This document shows positions 63,327-64,000 of a stretch of 64,000 nt of DNA, one piece after another (position 1 is the first letter of the stretch; each line of letters starts with the position of its first letter). Both the position numbers and the translations under genes were made by a program. The stretch is taken from the NCBI GenBank assembly GCA_012728115.1, contig JAAYFS010000055.1, positions 11,779-75,778 of the forward strand, read 5' to 3'. The DNA comes from Bacillota bacterium. GTDB lineage: Bacteria; Bacillota; Limnochordia; Darwinibacteriales; JAAYFS01. Under the pieces are notes generated by a model. That model made no database searches, was not told the DNA's origin, and worked only from the letters and a program-made list of their open reading frames with translations.

Positions 63327-64000
63327 AAAACAATATCCTAAACTCTTTTTAATCCTAGCTTGTTTACTTCTGAACGGATTTTTTTCTTTAAGGGGTTTTG
63401 CTCAAGAAACTGATCCTAAGGTATACCTGATCCTTTGGCATGGCATTAGGTGGGAACATTTAGTGGAAAGTGATTGGTTGAATGAAGGACAATTCGGTTT
63501 TGGCATTATGAACGTTCGTTCAGCTGGAGGTGCCCCTATTGAAGGGGGATATCTTTCGATCGGTAGTGGTTCCCGTGCTTATGGGATTACTGGAGCAGGC
63601 GAGGTTTTTATGAGCGAAGAACCGTATAAAGGTCAAGAAGCAGGTGTGGTATATAGAACTAGAACTGGTATAGACCCTTCGGAAATCGTTAATGTACGGA
63701 TAGCTAATATCCTTGATGTAAATAAACAGGCTAATTATCCTTTGGCAATCGGTTCACTCGTTGATTATTTGATAAAACATGGAAAAGAAGTAACTGTGTA
63801 TGGCAATAGCGACACTAAGGATCAACGAACTAGATGGGCTGGGCTGGTAGGGATGGATTCCTTAGGGAGAGTATTTAATGGGCAAATCAATGATGCTTTA
63901 TTGCTCGAAGATGATGAATATCCTTTCGGATTAAAAACCGATTATTCTTTACTACTTAAATTAGCTACTTCGACCGATGCTGATTTAGTAATTATCGATC
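63316..64000 (+). CDS. secreted protein of unknown function (5' partial; it runs off the window end)
   Basis: The ATG at 63316 overlaps the GT4 stop. A signal peptide (LFLILACLLLNGFFSLRGFAQE) is present, and the frame is open to position 64000. Confidence 0.5.
   Translation, partial: MIFKKQYPKLFLILACLLLNGFFSLRGFAQETDPKVYLILWHGIRWEHLVESDWLNEGQFGFGIMNVRSAGGAPIEGGYLSIGSGSRAYGITGAGEVFMSEEPYKGQEAGVVYRTRTGIDPSEIVNVRIANILDVNKQANYPLAIGSLVDYLIKHGKEVTVYGNSDTKDQRTRWAGLVGMDSLGRVFNGQINDALLLEDDEYPFGLKTDYSLLLKLATSTDADLVIID

Overview
This 64-kb window is a low-GC, Firmicutes-like chromosomal segment, probably from a Clostridia-type spore-former given whiA, GerMN, the cdaA-glmM-glmS cluster and fhs. Most of it is conserved housekeeping. 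It carries an M16 peptidase pair, 5-FTHF cyclo-ligase, deoC, prs, nadE, the cdaA-(cdaR remnant)-glmM-glmS cluster, acpS, nnr and alr. It also has a polar amino-acid ABC operon, a YvcK-like/VanW/whiA cluster, the complete cggR-gap-pgk-tpiA-gpmI-eno glycolytic operon followed by secG, and a marR-RND efflux pair. Further along are cell-wall genes (amidase, GerMN, murI, murD), rph and rdgB, a promoter-driven four-tRNA cluster (Pro-Gly-Arg-His), a [FeFe]-hydrogenase-like gene, a sulfonate/nitrate-type ABC operon, a diacylglycerol kinase, an MtrH-like methyltransferase, fhs and a GT4 glycosyltransferase.

The most unusual region is an insertion of about 7.8 kb that separates smpB (46221..46676) from the tmRNA gene ssrA (38058..38408, tag ADNNYALAA); the two are normally adjacent. 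The insert holds a divergent second copy of iPGM, an orphan three-repeat CRISPR mini-array with type I-C-like repeats and no cas genes, a membrane-anchored XRE-family HTH regulator, and three tandem paralogous signal-peptide proteins of unknown function. The third paralog is frameshifted.

Other anomalies are listed as findings. They include a GlmS homolog whose N-terminal nucleophile Cys is replaced by Ser with a degenerate glutaminase domain, and a bacterial homolog of archaeal ADP-dependent sugar kinases with an apparent GXGD-to-GXGA change, lying next to an ornithine-racemase-like gene. CdaR is reduced to a 44-aa transmembrane peptide, and an RsmC-like methyltransferase is frameshifted. 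A DnaD/DnaC-like replication-module remnant lies beside a solo ribbon-helix-helix (RHH) ORF. All functional calls rest on motif recognition by eye and were not checked against databases.
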